Source: an uncultured Lachnospiraceae bacterium
Lineage (GTDB): Bacteria > Bacillota > Clostridia > Lachnospirales > Lachnospiraceae
Length of the DNA stretch: 64,000 bases
Direction of reading: 5' to 3'
Assembly (NCBI GenBank): GCA_910579735.1
Contig: CAJTUZ010000013.1
Coordinates: 39,130 to 103,129 of the forward strand
The translations under genes were made by a program, and so were the position numbers. Positions 29,822 through 40,483 of the stretch are shown here, piece after piece (position 1 is the first letter of the stretch; each line of letters starts with the position of its first letter). The notes under the pieces are model-generated. The model did no database searches and was not told where the DNA came from. It saw only the letters and a program-made list of their open reading frames with translations.

Positions 29822-30616
29822 TTATTCTGTTGTCTCATCTTTCCGCAGCCATAACAGCATACAGCCCGCAAATAATAAAGAGAACACTCCTGCCAGCGCA
29901 TATTTCAGGATATGGTTCATCCACGGGAACAATTTAAAAATGAAATCCGGCAGATTCGCGGCAAGATGTGCTGCAAAGGCTGCATAAAGCGATCCTGTCC
30001 GTACATACACGGTACCCAGGATGATGCCAATGACCGCTGCCGCAGCAGCCAGCGAAAACCCGCCTGCCGGTATATGAATCAGGCCGAAGATAACGGAGCT
30101 GATCACAACTGCCGCCGTAAGAGAAAATCCCTTCCTAAGCTGCGTTACCATAATCCCCCGGCATAATACTTCTTCTGCAGCCGGCGCCATGACAAGCAGA
30201 TTAATAATCATCAGAAACAATCCCAAGAAAGGAATCTTTTCGTTATAATATTCCGCGCTCGTCTGAATGGGCAGCGCATTTTCCATAGATGTCTGAAAGG
30301 TAAAAAAAGAAAAAGCCATGGAAAATAAAAATGCAGCCGCACAAGGCAGAACATAGCTTTTTACGGGAATTTTTTTCATTTTCCATTCTTCGAAAACATT
30401 GACTTTCCTGATCTTATGAAACAAAACAGCGGCCGCAATAAACAATATATTGGAAATAAGCGTCATAAGCAGCATATTGTTCATAATCCACTGCATCACA
30501 ATAAAATCTTCATCCATTCCCTGATGCACGGCAAAAACCGACATGCCAAGCTGAATGGCCAATTGGATGATCAGATTAAAAAGCACCCATCCGGCACATA
30601 TTATGATACTTTTCAC
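29822..30616 (-). CDS. CPBP/CAAX-family intramembrane metalloprotease
   Basis: APAAEEVLCRG, FGLIH, AHLAAN; multiple TMs. Start GTG 30616 is tentative. Confidence 0.85.
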   Translation of the reverse strand: MKSIIICAGWVLFNLIIQLAIQLGMSVFAVHQGMDEDFIVMQWIMNNMLLMTLISNILFIAAAVLFHKIRKVNVFEEWKMKKIPVKSYVLPCAAAFLFSMAFSFFTFQTSMENALPIQTSAEYYNEKIPFLGLFLMIINLLVMAPAAEEVLCRGIMVTQLRKGFSLTAAVVISSVIFGLIHIPAGGFSLAAAAAVIGIILGTVYVRTGSLYAAFAAHLAANLPDFIFKLFPWMNHILKYALAGVFSLLFAGCMLLWLRKDETTE

Positions 30617-30809
30617 TTTTGTTTTCCCCCGTTTCCACACTGTGCCGGTTCCTTTCACTGCGGCGGCACACCAACAGACAAATTATAACATATTACTGAC
30701 TTTTTTCCAATGCAAAACTCCTTTTACATTCCGCTGCCACATGATATAAAATACCATTTTACCCCGCAATTTATAAAAAGCGCCTATTGACACCCTGACC
30801 TTCACAGAC

Positions 30810-32069
30810 TTAAAAATTCCCGAAAACCTTTTTGGCCCAGACTGCAATGCCGATAGAAACAACGGCGGCAAATAAGATCACGGCAAATTCAAAGCCTTTA
30901 CAAAGTGCAAACAAAACACCATATAACGCATTTCCGACAGGCTGCGCGCACATGGATATGGTAAAAATGACGGCAATCACTTTGCCGATCAGATGCGCGG
31001 GCGTTTCGGCCTGTACAAAAGACATCATTTGTACGGTAAAAATCGTGGAACATACCATACAGCCGAAACAGCATACGATGATCACCATATAATTAACCAT
31101 ACCCGATGAGGAAAATACCGGTACGATTCCCATTGGCAGGACACAGCATCCTGCCGCTATGATCAGATATCCCGCTTTCCGTATCGTCAGTTTCCCGGCA
31201 AAAATACCCGCGCTGATGCCGCCCGCCAATCCGCCGGCAGCCAGCGCGCCTTCTGCATAGCCGCATAACCGGTTTGCAAGGGCGCTGTCAAAAGGCAGCA
31301 CTTCCGTTATCATATAAGGCAGGCCTACAATGATCATAGATGCCAAAAACAGATTGATACTGCAGATAACAAGCATTCCTTTTCCGATTGCAGGCTTTTC
31401 TTTCCGTATAAAAGCAATGCTTTCCGCAAAATCGCTTTTGATCATCGTCCGGATGTTCGTATTTGATTCCTCTCCGTTTTCTTTTTTTACAAACGGTATT
31501 TTAATAAAAATTTCCATTACGGCAGATACCAGAAAACAGACGCTGCAGATCCATAATACGGGTTTTAGTCCATACGCGCTGTATAATATCCCGCCAAGAA
31601 CAGGTCCGAGTAAAGAAGCCAGCGAACTGATCGTATTGATCACGGAATTGGCCGCCATAAAATGTTCTTTTTCTACAAGCGCCGGCACACTCGCCTGCAC
31701 GGAAGGCTGATATGCTCCTGCGATACCATATAAAATCATCAGCGTGACCGTCATCAAAACAAGCAGATTGACACTGCCCATAAGGAAAGAAAAACCAAGG
31801 ATAACGCCGGCGGTAAAAAAGTCCAGTACCACCATGATGTTTCTCTTATTCACTCTGTCGGCAACGATACCTCCTATGGGCGACATAAGGATCGTCGGGA
31901 TAAAAGCACAGGCCGTAACAAGCCCGTATAATACCGAAGATCCGGTCTGGTTTAACAGATACAGCGGCAGTACGAACCGCACACCGGCGTTCCCGAATAA
32001 GGAAATGATCTGCCCGATCACTACCAGCGTAAAATCCTTTGAAAATAATTTAGATTGTGTTTGATTCAT
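30810..32069 (-). CDS. MFS transporter (Mef/DHA3-like)
   Basis: About 12 TMs; GQIISLFG, GGIVADRVNKRNIMV, LGPVLGG. Confidence 0.9.
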   Translation of the reverse strand: MNQTQSKLFSKDFTLVVIGQIISLFGNAGVRFVLPLYLLNQTGSSVLYGLVTACAFIPTILMSPIGGIVADRVNKRNIMVVLDFFTAGVILGFSFLMGSVNLLVLMTVTLMILYGIAGAYQPSVQASVPALVEKEHFMAANSVINTISSLASLLGPVLGGILYSAYGLKPVLWICSVCFLVSAVMEIFIKIPFVKKENGEESNTNIRTMIKSDFAESIAFIRKEKPAIGKGMLVICSINLFLASMIIVGLPYMITEVLPFDSALANRLCGYAEGALAAGGLAGGISAGIFAGKLTIRKAGYLIIAAGCCVLPMGIVPVFSSSGMVNYMVIIVCCFGCMVCSTIFTVQMMSFVQAETPAHLIGKVIAVIFTISMCAQPVGNALYGVLFALCKGFEFAVILFAAVVSIGIAVWAKKVFGNF

Positions 32070-32105
32070 TTAAATACTCTTCCTTTCTCCTGTTTATTTA
32101 ACTAT

Positions 32106-32124
32106 CATACCGCATGACGGTATG
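32106..32124. promoter_or_regulatory. Palindromic operator upstream of the MFS gene
   Basis: CATACCG-catga-CGGTATG. Confidence 0.55.
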
Positions 32125-32135
32125 TATACTGTTTT

Positions 32136-32172
32136 AAAAATATCTGCTCGTTTTATGGAGCAGATTATTTTT
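32136..32172. terminator. Hairpin/terminator after tetR
   Basis: ATCTGCTC/GAGCAGAT stem flanked by A5 and T5. Confidence 0.55.
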
Positions 32173-32223
32173 ACATAATTTGTGAAAAGATTCTTCAAAA
32201 TCGTCCTGTCCGGACTGACTTTG

Positions 32224-32877
32224 TTACTTATTACGTTGATAAATAGACGCCAGTTCCTGCAGTCTGGCTAACAGTTCATCATCCACGATATCCAGCCCGA
32301 ATCCCTGCATCATCTGCCGGAATACCATGAATTTCCGATAAGCCTCATCTGCCGAATTATCAAATATCATCGGATTCATCCAGACATTGGCCGCCAAAAT
32401 GATCAACTCCGCAAGCTCCGCCGGATAATCCGTCTGGATCGAACCATCCGCAATCCCCTGCTCAACAATCGGCAGAATATAATCCGGCGCGGCTACATCT
32501 ACCGTTTCCCGCAAAATACTGAAGATCAGTTTCGGATTCCCGCTTAAATCGGGCGCCACCGTAAAAATATCATCCTGAACCGGTCTGAAAATAGATTCCT
32601 TGAAGATCATTTTCAATTTTTCTTTCCCGGTAAGGCCTGCACGATCGCGAATCTCACTTAATATCCTGTTGGATTCTTCCGTCATCCTGTCCGTTACGGC
32701 CACCAGAATCTCTTCTTTGGACTTAAAGTGATGATAAATAGCGCCCTTGCTGAGTCCTCCCAAATGATCGATAATATCCTGAATGGACGTATGCTCATAT
32801 CCTTTTTCCATAAAAAGGCGGAACGCAACATCCAATATTAAATTAAACGTTTCTTCCGGGTGTTTGTTTCTGGCCAT
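32224..32877 (-). CDS. TetR/AcrR-family regulator
   Basis: AFRLFMEKGYEHTSIQDII..LSKGAIYHHFKSKEEI. Confidence 0.92.
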   Translation of the reverse strand: MARNKHPEETFNLILDVAFRLFMEKGYEHTSIQDIIDHLGGLSKGAIYHHFKSKEEILVAVTDRMTEESNRILSEIRDRAGLTGKEKLKMIFKESIFRPVQDDIFTVAPDLSGNPKLIFSILRETVDVAAPDYILPIVEQGIADGSIQTDYPAELAELIILAANVWMNPMIFDNSADEAYRKFMVFRQMMQGFGLDIVDDELLARLQELASIYQRNK

Positions 32878-32942
32878 TTTGTATACCGAGCTCCCTTTTT
32901 GTCTGCATTTTTCGGTGTTATGCCGTTTCCAGCAAATAGTTT

Positions 32943-32995
32943 ATATACATACCAGCAGTATGTATATGTTATCATACTGCTGGTATGTTTGTCAA
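32943..32995 (-). promoter_or_regulatory. tetR promoter with two operators
   Basis: ATATACATAC-N5-GTATGTATAT (32943-32967) and CATAC-N5-GTATG (32973-32987); TTGACA at 32995-32990. Confidence 0.7.
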
Positions 32996-33065
32996 GATTC
33001 TCTGTACCTGATATGCTCTTGGTATTTAGTCTGTCGCCTCTTAATCGCTTATCTGCAAAGCCGAA

Positions 33066-35627
33066 TTAGTCTGTTGCTCTTAATCGTTCCACGATACTTT
33101 GCTTCTCCAAATTCTTGAAACAAATATATGGAATCAGAATTGCAAAGATAATCAAAATCGGTGTGCAGATCACAAGCGGCATAAGGGTAAAGTGGAAAGT
33201 TGCTGTCCAGTCGCCGGACACCATTGCGCGGATGCCGATTGCTACGCCCAATGTTCCCAAAACATAGGAGGCAGCTAGGGTACTCACCGCATAGGAAAGA
33301 CCCTCGTCAATCAACATACGGCGAAGCTGCCGCTTTGTCATGCCGATACTCTGTATCATGGCAAATTCTTTCTGCCGGGAAACAATCGATGTCAGCATGG
33401 AATTGATAAAGTTCAAAATGCCGACAAAGGCAATAATCAAGCTGATGGCAAAGCCCATAACCGTATTAGCACGTGTCTGTTCCTGATAATGTTCCATCAG
33501 AGTGGATTTTGCAGTATAGTTCAGGGATTTATCCGCGTTGTTGCGGTAGTCAATCAGCATTTCTTCCGCCTGCGGCTGATATTCTTCGGCTACATCAAAG
33601 AACAGCTTTCGCAGAGTGTTGTCCGGGTACATCCCCCGGAATGTATCTGCCGGAAGATAAAAGGAAAGGAAATCCTGCGTACTGCTATTGACGCCCTCGG
33701 TGATCGTGGGTATATCTGCCACAATCGCCATCACTTCATACTGTTGTCCGTTCAGTTCTACGATATCCCCAACGGAATAAGTCGGCTGTGTTTCTTTCCC
33801 GCTCTCCTCCGCACCGGCGGCTGCCTCCATCACGACATAGCCCCCGGACAGGAATTTGTCCTTATCAAAGGTGCCATCCAATATCCGGCCATCCTGTGCA
33901 AAGGTGTCCAGTATCAGGCCGTCAACGCCGTACAGAATGGAAACACACTCGCCGCTCAGGATCATATCATGGTAGGCTTCGGCCAGCCCTGCGTCCGTTG
34001 CTTCCATGTATGCCAACCGGTCGTCAGCATGATAATAGGTCTGGATATTTTCAAGGGCAGAGGTCCCGATCTGGTGGGTAAATACCTGCGAATACAAGCG
34101 TCCTGCGGCCTCTAACCCGGAAAGTCCCTCAATGTTCTGTACCAGCTCCGGGGAAATGGTTGTGCCGTAGGGGTTATAGGTTCCAAAGGTAGAAGAAATC
34201 GAGCTGTCCTCCACCTCAAAATCACTGATAACCATCTGACTCATGTATTTATCAATATCAAAGCTGGCATTTTTCGCATAGACGCAGGAAAGCAGCACAA
34301 ACCCCAGCGTCAGGGAGCAGATTACCGTAATGGTGCGTTTCTTGTTCCGGCCTAAGTTTGCCAGCGCCATTTTCGGGATGCTTGCGCCGCCGGTGCTTTT
34401 CTTGATTTTCCGTTTGCTGACGGCTCCTGTATCGGTGTAGCGCAGGGCTTCCATCGGAGAAACCTTGCCAGCGATTTTAGCGGGCTTCATGCAGGAGATC
34501 AGGACGGTCAGCCAGGCAAACATCGCAGAGCCAATGAAGGTATAAGGATTGACCGCTGCCTTTGCTTCTCCCGTTGTCCCGGTTATCATTACCGGCACCA
34601 ACACAGCTCCCAGCAGATACCCGGTCACAAGCCCGATAGGAATACCGATAGACGACAGACGGTTGGCCTGCCCGTAAATCATCTTCTTTAACTGCTTTTT
34701 GGTAGTTCCCAAAGTTTTCAGCCTGCCATAAAAGCGAATGTCGCCGGCAACGGAAATCTGGAAAATGTTATAAATAATCAGATACCCGCTGGCAAATACC
34801 AGTATCATGCAAATTGCCATCGGCAGCACTTCATGGATAATATTCCGGTTCATGGCGGCATCATAGGCCGCATTGGAAGGAAGGGACACGTCCGACAGAC
34901 CGGTATCGGTTAAAATCTGCTCCGCCGCTCCTTCCAGATTGCTGTCACTGTAAAGATCAAGGTGGAGCATCACGGTTCCTAAAACCTGCCCGCATGCAAG
35001 CTGCGCTTCTTGGTCGATACCTGCACACCGGCTTTGAACAAAGGCTTCGGAAACCCATGCCATACTCGCCATAGCAGCGGAATTACCGTCCCAATAGCCG
35101 GAGAGGACAAAGGTGCTGGCGGTGTATTCATCAGAAGTTAAGTCCTTGCGCCATTCAAAGGTGATTTCCTGTCCCAATTCATAGGGCAGCCCCAGCTTAT
35201 CAAGGGTGATGGTGTCCAAAGCGATCTCCCGCACCTGTACCGGCATGGTTCCTGTTGTGGGATAGGAAAAGCTGGAACGGGCATAGTTTTCATCGGCATA
35301 GCGGATTTCCACCTGCCGCCCGGTCAATTCCTTATTTTCGGCCACACCGATGATCGTGCTTTCCCCGTAGTCCCGGACAGCTTCATGGGCAATGATTTTC
35401 TCCATATCGGCGTCCGTCATGGTGCCGGAACTCAAATGGCTGTTATATCCGGCCTGCCGGAAATTCATGTTCCGCATATTTTCAACCATGCTCTGCGACA
35501 GGACAAACAGGGATGTAAACATGAGCGTTGTTAAGACGATGGCAAAAACGGCAATCAAATTACGCGTTTTATTCGCCTTGAAACTGCGGTTTGTCAATGT
35601 GCGTATGATTGATTTCTGTCCTTTCAT
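33066..35627 (-). CDS. ABC transporter permease (FtsX/MacB-like, duplicated)
   Basis: Two FtsX repeats: IYNIFQISV..RFYGRLKTLG and RQKEFAMIQSIGMT. Confidence 0.9.
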   Translation of the reverse strand: MKGQKSIIRTLTNRSFKANKTRNLIAVFAIVLTTLMFTSLFVLSQSMVENMRNMNFRQAGYNSHLSSGTMTDADMEKIIAHEAVRDYGESTIIGVAENKELTGRQVEIRYADENYARSSFSYPTTGTMPVQVREIALDTITLDKLGLPYELGQEITFEWRKDLTSDEYTASTFVLSGYWDGNSAAMASMAWVSEAFVQSRCAGIDQEAQLACGQVLGTVMLHLDLYSDSNLEGAAEQILTDTGLSDVSLPSNAAYDAAMNRNIIHEVLPMAICMILVFASGYLIIYNIFQISVAGDIRFYGRLKTLGTTKKQLKKMIYGQANRLSSIGIPIGLVTGYLLGAVLVPVMITGTTGEAKAAVNPYTFIGSAMFAWLTVLISCMKPAKIAGKVSPMEALRYTDTGAVSKRKIKKSTGGASIPKMALANLGRNKKRTITVICSLTLGFVLLSCVYAKNASFDIDKYMSQMVISDFEVEDSSISSTFGTYNPYGTTISPELVQNIEGLSGLEAAGRLYSQVFTHQIGTSALENIQTYYHADDRLAYMEATDAGLAEAYHDMILSGECVSILYGVDGLILDTFAQDGRILDGTFDKDKFLSGGYVVMEAAAGAEESGKETQPTYSVGDIVELNGQQYEVMAIVADIPTITEGVNSSTQDFLSFYLPADTFRGMYPDNTLRKLFFDVAEEYQPQAEEMLIDYRNNADKSLNYTAKSTLMEHYQEQTRANTVMGFAISLIIAFVGILNFINSMLTSIVSRQKEFAMIQSIGMTKRQLRRMLIDEGLSYAVSTLAASYVLGTLGVAIGIRAMVSGDWTATFHFTLMPLVICTPILIIFAILIPYICFKNLEKQSIVERLRATD

Positions 35628-35639
35628 GGTATCACCGCC

Positions 35640-36305
35640 TTACTCCCGGATCCGGCCATCCTCAATGTGGATGGTGCGGTCTGCCTGTGCTGCAATTTCC
35701 GGGTTGTGGGTAATCATTACAATGGTCTGATGGAATTTCCGGCTGGTGACTTTCAGCAGTTCAATCACTTCATCACTGGTCTTGCTGTCCAGATTGCCGG
35801 TCGGTTCGTCGGCAAGGATAATGGCCGGTTTACCGGCTAACGCCCTCGCAATGGCTGCCCGCTGCTGCTGGCCGCCGGAAAGGGTGTTTGGCATATGCAA
35901 AAGCTTCTTTTCCAAACCCAGCAGTACGGCTACCTCTTGAATAAACTTCTGATCGGGCTTCTTTCCGTCAAGCTGAATGGGCATGACGATGTTTTCATAC
36001 ACGTTCAGGATGGGAACAAGATTATAGTTCTGGAAAATGAAACCGATCCGCTGGCGGCGGAACACGGTCAAGTCCTCGTCTTTCAGCTTGCCCAGCTCAT
36101 AGTTATCTACCTTGACCGTCCCGGAAGTGGGGCGGTCTAAGCCGCCCAGCATATTCAGCAGGGTGGATTTACCGCTGCCGGATGTGCCGATGATGGCAAC
36201 AAATTCGCCCGGCTCAATGGAAATGCTTACGCCGTCCAGTGCCTTGACAATGTTCGGCTCGTCGCCGTATTGTTTCGTCAGTTGTTTCGTGCTTAAAATA
36301 CTCAT
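35640..36305 (-). CDS. ABC transporter ATP-binding protein (LolD/MacB-like)
   Basis: [30 protein letters not shown]. Confidence 0.95.
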   Translation of the reverse strand: MSILSTKQLTKQYGDEPNIVKALDGVSISIEPGEFVAIIGTSGSGKSTLLNMLGGLDRPTSGTVKVDNYELGKLKDEDLTVFRRQRIGFIFQNYNLVPILNVYENIVMPIQLDGKKPDQKFIQEVAVLLGLEKKLLHMPNTLSGGQQQRAAIARALAGKPAIILADEPTGNLDSKTSDEVIELLKVTSRKFHQTIVMITHNPEIAAQADRTIHIEDGRIRE

Positions 36306-36434
36306 ATACCATGACCTCACTTTGTTTTTCTGGATTTGTTTTCATTATATTCGGGCAAAAGAAAGGCACAATGGAAAATGCGTAATCTAATATCTACGAT
36401 GAAAAAACTAAAGATCCCACGAAAATAAGGACAG

Positions 36435-36466
36435 AAAAAAGCGCCGCTTCACGAAGAAACGGCGTC
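36435..36466 (-). terminator. Terminator after the histidine kinase gene
   Basis: CGCCG..CGGCG stem followed by T6 on the minus strand. Confidence 0.55.
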
Positions 36467-36472
36467 GTTTAA

Positions 36473-37762
36473 TTAAGGGCATGGGATCAGGATGTTCAAC
36501 CGATAGGTTCTTTCTTCCTGTTGGAAACTGCACTGGCCTCCGTATTTCTCTACGGCTTTTTTGATGTTGGGAATACCAAAGCCATGCACAAAGCGGTCTT
36601 TCTTTGTGGTTTCCTCTGTGAGATGGTTGCCCGGCGACATATTGTTTTCTATGGTGATAAGCAGCATATCCCGGACACGCTCGGCCTTAACAGTAATCAG
36701 ACGCTTGTACTCCGGCAGATTTTCGCTGGCCTCTATCGCGTTGTCAATGGCGTTGCCGAAAATGGTGCTGATGTCCAGCGGCTCCATGAAGCCGATTCCG
36801 TGAAAGTCAACCATAGCGGAAAAATCAATCTGTTTTTCATGAGCCTTTACCGCCTTATCTTTCAGAATGATGTCCAGGAATTCATTTCCCGTATGCACAT
36901 AGTCCTCGTAGTCCGCAATTTGGGATCGTAATGTTTCCGCCATCTGGCGTGTTTCTTTTGTGTTCTGACTGCTTTCCATTACAAGCAAGTGGTTTTTCAG
37001 GTCATGGTAGATGGAGCGAACCCGTTCTTCATCTTTCATTTTCTCTTGATAGTAAGCAAACTGCTGCTGCAGCTGGGCAATCTGCATTTTGTCCCGCTGC
37101 CCCTGCTCCCGGAGATAGGACACATTTCTGGAATACAAAAACTGTACAATAAAAACTACACCGAGTACAGATGTACTTAAATCCAATAATGATGTATCGG
37201 ACGTTCTCAGATTCAAATACCCATAAGTGCTTGCAAATGATACACCGAAAACCAAAAGAAAACTGATAGATACAATCGCTGCATCTTTTGCCAGAATATC
37301 ATATTTGAAATTCTTTAATAAGCGGTAGGTAACCATCAAAAACAATAACCTTAGCAGCATGATAAAGACATATATCTGCCATTTAATAATAGCTGTTCCA
37401 TCCACTTGTGTCATTATATTGCCGTGATAAACAAAATCCATAATGGAAAGCCCGGCTGACTCTGTAAATGGTATGATCAATAAGTAGGATAGCTCCATGA
37501 CAATCAGCGCCCGGTGGAATGACACTTCATAACACAGAAGTGTTAATCCTATAAGCAAAGCCAGCAGCACAAAAAGACGATATGCTCCCATATCCGCCAA
37601 AAAGGTCATAACAATAACCGCCATTGCATAAACAACCGGCGGGATAATTCTGCTGATTACTTTTTGAAATCGGCAAGTCTTACAGAAACACAAAGTCATT
37701 ACATAAAAAATAGCCGCTTCTGTTATTGTTGCCACGATGTCTAACAAGTTATAAAGCCACAT
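36473..37762 (-). CDS. AgrC/VirS-like membrane histidine kinase (HATPase_c_5)
   Basis: About 7 TMs; YHDLKNH, TGNEFLD, FGNAIDNAIEA, HGFGIPNIK. TAATG-coupled to the response regulator. Confidence 0.9.
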   Translation of the reverse strand: MWLYNLLDIVATITEAAIFYVMTLCFCKTCRFQKVISRIIPPVVYAMAVIVMTFLADMGAYRLFVLLALLIGLTLLCYEVSFHRALIVMELSYLLIIPFTESAGLSIMDFVYHGNIMTQVDGTAIIKWQIYVFIMLLRLLFLMVTYRLLKNFKYDILAKDAAIVSISFLLVFGVSFASTYGYLNLRTSDTSLLDLSTSVLGVVFIVQFLYSRNVSYLREQGQRDKMQIAQLQQQFAYYQEKMKDEERVRSIYHDLKNHLLVMESSQNTKETRQMAETLRSQIADYEDYVHTGNEFLDIILKDKAVKAHEKQIDFSAMVDFHGIGFMEPLDISTIFGNAIDNAIEASENLPEYKRLITVKAERVRDMLLITIENNMSPGNHLTEETTKKDRFVHGFGIPNIKKAVEKYGGQCSFQQEERTYRLNILIPCP

Positions 37763-38472
37763 TACAGCATATCCCCCCAATAATCAGCCAAACGTTCCAT
37801 AAACTCTTTGCGCTTCGGCTGGCTGATGGGGATAATCTCACCGGTAATCAATTCAAGTTCCAGCTTATTCACACCCTTTACATAAAACAAATTTACAATG
37901 TAGCTGGTGTGGCAGCGAATAAAACCTTTGCCTTGCAGCGCTTGTTCCATCTCTTTCATGCTCTTGTAACAGATAATATTTTCCTGCTCTGTATGCAGGA
38001 GCAAATTGCGGTTAAAGGTTTCTACATAGCGGAGAGATTTCAGAAACACCTTATATCTCCCTGTATCGTTAGTAATCACCATAGCGGGGCTATCGTCTTT
38101 CCGATGCTTTTTCAACCACTGATCCATTTCCGCTTTTAGCCGGACATACTTCATCGGCTTAATGATGTAATTGGCGGCCTGATATTTATATCCCTCTAAA
38201 CCGTATTGTGTGAGAGTAGTCAAAAAGATAATACCGACCTTTTCATCCATCTGGCGGATGCGCTCGGCGGCCCGCAGGCCGTTCACCAGCCGCATTTGAA
38301 TGTCAAGGAAAATCAGATCAATGGTGGTATCGTACTTTTCAATTAACTCCATGCCGTCGTAATAAACAGTTACCTTTATTTCCACGCCGGTTTCGGCGGC
38401 GTATTGATTTAATAGACTTGTCAAGTGTGCGACGAAATTTTTCTCATCATCGCAGATTGCTATGTGTATCAT
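37762..38472 (-). CDS. LytTR-family response regulator (AgrA/VirR-like)
   Basis: IAICDDE, FLDIQM, YIIKP, FIRCHTSYIVNL. Start moved to ATG 38472. Confidence 0.92.
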   Translation of the reverse strand: MIHIAICDDEKNFVAHLTSLLNQYAAETGVEIKVTVYYDGMELIEKYDTTIDLIFLDIQMRLVNGLRAAERIRQMDEKVGIIFLTTLTQYGLEGYKYQAANYIIKPMKYVRLKAEMDQWLKKHRKDDSPAMVITNDTGRYKVFLKSLRYVETFNRNLLLHTEQENIICYKSMKEMEQALQGKGFIRCHTSYIVNLFYVKGVNKLELELITGEIIPISQPKRKEFMERLADYWGDML

Positions 38473-38677
38473 TTCGTTCCTCTCCATGTCCAGTATTCCA
38501 CGAAATATTATACTGTACTTTGAGTCTGTTCTCAATGGCAATCGTAAAAGAAGCCTGCTTTGCTTCCGGAGATTTGGGCCCGCAAAGAATCTTTGACAGT
38601 ATGTTAAGTGATAGGCGCTGCGGCACTTCCTTTTCATATGCGTTTTCGCATGACACAAATGTCAGTTTGATATTATC

Positions 38678-39769
38678 CTACGGAATCTCACAGACCACTT
38701 CCCAATTCCCGTCTACATTCCCGGCCGTAACATAGAAAATACCATAAACCCGCACCTTTTCCAATTCGCTTTCTTCCAGCAGAAACCAGTGTTCGTCAAA
38801 ACATATCGTTTCTCCGTTCACTTCTTCATGCCACATCAGAGAGTAATCTTCATGCCGCTCCTCTCCGCTTTCATCCACCAGATACGGCCGTATGTGCCTG
38901 TCTGCATCTCTGAAGGTTCCGCGGCAGGACTGTATGCGCAAAAGACCATCGGAATAGCCTACCCCGGTGACCGTAAGCGTCTCGAGCATACTCTCATCCG
39001 GTTTGACAATATCCATGACCAGACCGTCAGGAAGAGGTGAATCCTCATCAAACGACCCGATATATTGCGCAACAGCTTCCCGATCTTCCCTGCCGCCAAA
39101 ACCGTTTAGCGATACCGGTTTTGTACGGGGATCTTCCAGGATATCATCAAGCGGAATATCCTGCTGCTCTTTTCTGACATCCGTAAGCAGACTGCTCACG
39201 CAAAGTTTTATCCTGCCGTTTTCATACCTTCCATCGGTCGTCAGATCAATTTTAAAAAATGCTTTATCTTCCATTTCATCATACGCCAAAAAACGGCATC
39301 CTCCGACACTATAAGAGGCGCCGTAACTTTCTAGATGATAACTTTCATACAGATCCGCTTTTCCTTTGATCCTGTCCGTATCGCTTCCTTCCGCATCGGA
39401 AAAAGAAACGATCAGCTCTGCACTTAGTTCCGTCGTCTTATCTTCCACATTAACTGCCTCTACCTGCATGGTAATACCCCGGGAAGTATCGCTGACGGAA
39501 ACAGGCAGCACAAAGTCCGCCAAAGCCGGTGCATAACGGGCAACAATATCATAAACCGCCGGAACGGACTTCGCCGCAACTGACAAAAGTGTCATAAGCA
39601 ATACCGGAATACAAACACAGACTGCTGCTGCCGGACGCATGATCTTCCAAAACATTTCCCTTCTGTTTCGCTGTCCTTTTTCATATCCGGCATATAGTTT
39701 TTCCAAATAATCGGCACGCGGCCTGATCTGTTCGTATGCGTTTTGGTATTTTATTTTAAATTCTTCCAT
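38678..39769 (-). CDS. Putative anti-sigma factor (single TM, DUF4179-like)
   Basis: Short cytoplasmic N-terminus, one TM, large acidic extracellular domain; directly downstream of the ECF sigma gene. Confidence 0.65.
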   Translation of the reverse strand: MEEFKIKYQNAYEQIRPRADYLEKLYAGYEKGQRNRREMFWKIMRPAAAVCVCIPVLLMTLLSVAAKSVPAVYDIVARYAPALADFVLPVSVSDTSRGITMQVEAVNVEDKTTELSAELIVSFSDAEGSDTDRIKGKADLYESYHLESYGASYSVGGCRFLAYDEMEDKAFFKIDLTTDGRYENGRIKLCVSSLLTDVRKEQQDIPLDDILEDPRTKPVSLNGFGGREDREAVAQYIGSFDEDSPLPDGLVMDIVKPDESMLETLTVTGVGYSDGLLRIQSCRGTFRDADRHIRPYLVDESGEERHEDYSLMWHEEVNGETICFDEHWFLLEESELEKVRVYGIFYVTAGNVDGNWEVVCEIP

Positions 39770-39821
39770 TTTCCGCCCTCCTCTGCTCTTTCTTTCATAG
39801 ACCACTTAAAACTATCCTTTT

Positions 39822-40322
39822 TCATACTTCATCTCTTCCCAATAAAATTTTCAACCAGGCTCTTGCCCTTGTCAACTGCGTCCGCACGGTCGATGGTTTC
39901 ATCCGTAATACTTTGGCAATTTCATCGATTGACAATTCCTCATAATAGAACAAATGAATGACAATACGATATTTCTGCGGAAGTTTTTTGACTATGGCAA
40001 TTATCTGATCAGACTCTGACTCCGGTTCCTCCGGGAGGCCGACGTTTTCCGCGGCGTAGTCTGTCAGACCGATCGTTTTCTGTCTCCATGCCGCTTTCCA
40101 CAGGTTCTTACAAAGATTGACCGTCACCCGCAGAAACCATGCTTTTTCGTGTGCCGGATTCTCAAATTCGGGCCGTTTACGAAGATACCTGATAAAGACT
40201 TCCTGATGGATGTCGTCTGCATCATACCGGTTTTTGACCAGAGAATAGGCCATACGGTATACCAGGTCGGAATATTTTCCGATCATTTCCAAATCATCTG
40301 CGCATAATGATTTTCTGCTCAT
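39822..40322 (-). CDS. ECF RNA polymerase sigma factor
   Basis: DADDIHQEVF, AWFLRVTVN, LPQKYR..LFYYEELSIDEIA..STVRTQLTRAR. Confidence 0.92.
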   Translation of the reverse strand: MSRKSLCADDLEMIGKYSDLVYRMAYSLVKNRYDADDIHQEVFIRYLRKRPEFENPAHEKAWFLRVTVNLCKNLWKAAWRQKTIGLTDYAAENVGLPEEPESESDQIIAIVKKLPQKYRIVIHLFYYEELSIDEIAKVLRMKPSTVRTQLTRARAWLKILLGRDEV

Positions 40323-40441
40323 TTTTATCCTCCTGTCCGCTTTGGCGGACATTCACCAAGTAATTTGAAATGCATTTTCATTACCCTTTATTGACATTAC
40401 AATTGACGCTGGGAAAAAGCTACAATTTTTTCAAAAAAATA

Positions 40442-40482
40442 CCCTGATAATATTCCAATAAAGAAATATTATCAGGGGGTTT
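40442..40482. terminator. Hairpin/terminator closing the nuclease-helicase operon
   Basis: CCCTGATAATATT-N10-AATATTATCAGGG perfect 13-bp stem. Confidence 0.65.
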
Positions 40483-40483
40483 T

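Noticed and set aside
29822..30616. CPBP ('Abi') protease as part of the adjacent R-M defence locus
   Set aside because: The 'Abi' label of this family does not demonstrate phage defence; it is separated by about 120 nt and such genes are common
36385..36430. LytTR direct-repeat site upstream of the ABC operon (CGATGAAAA / CCACGAAAA)
   Set aside because: Plausible by position but too degenerate to support
38651..38664. TGACA-N4-TGTCA as a second WYL operator
   Set aside because: Spacing differs from the N6 site and there is no linked -10 at the expected distance
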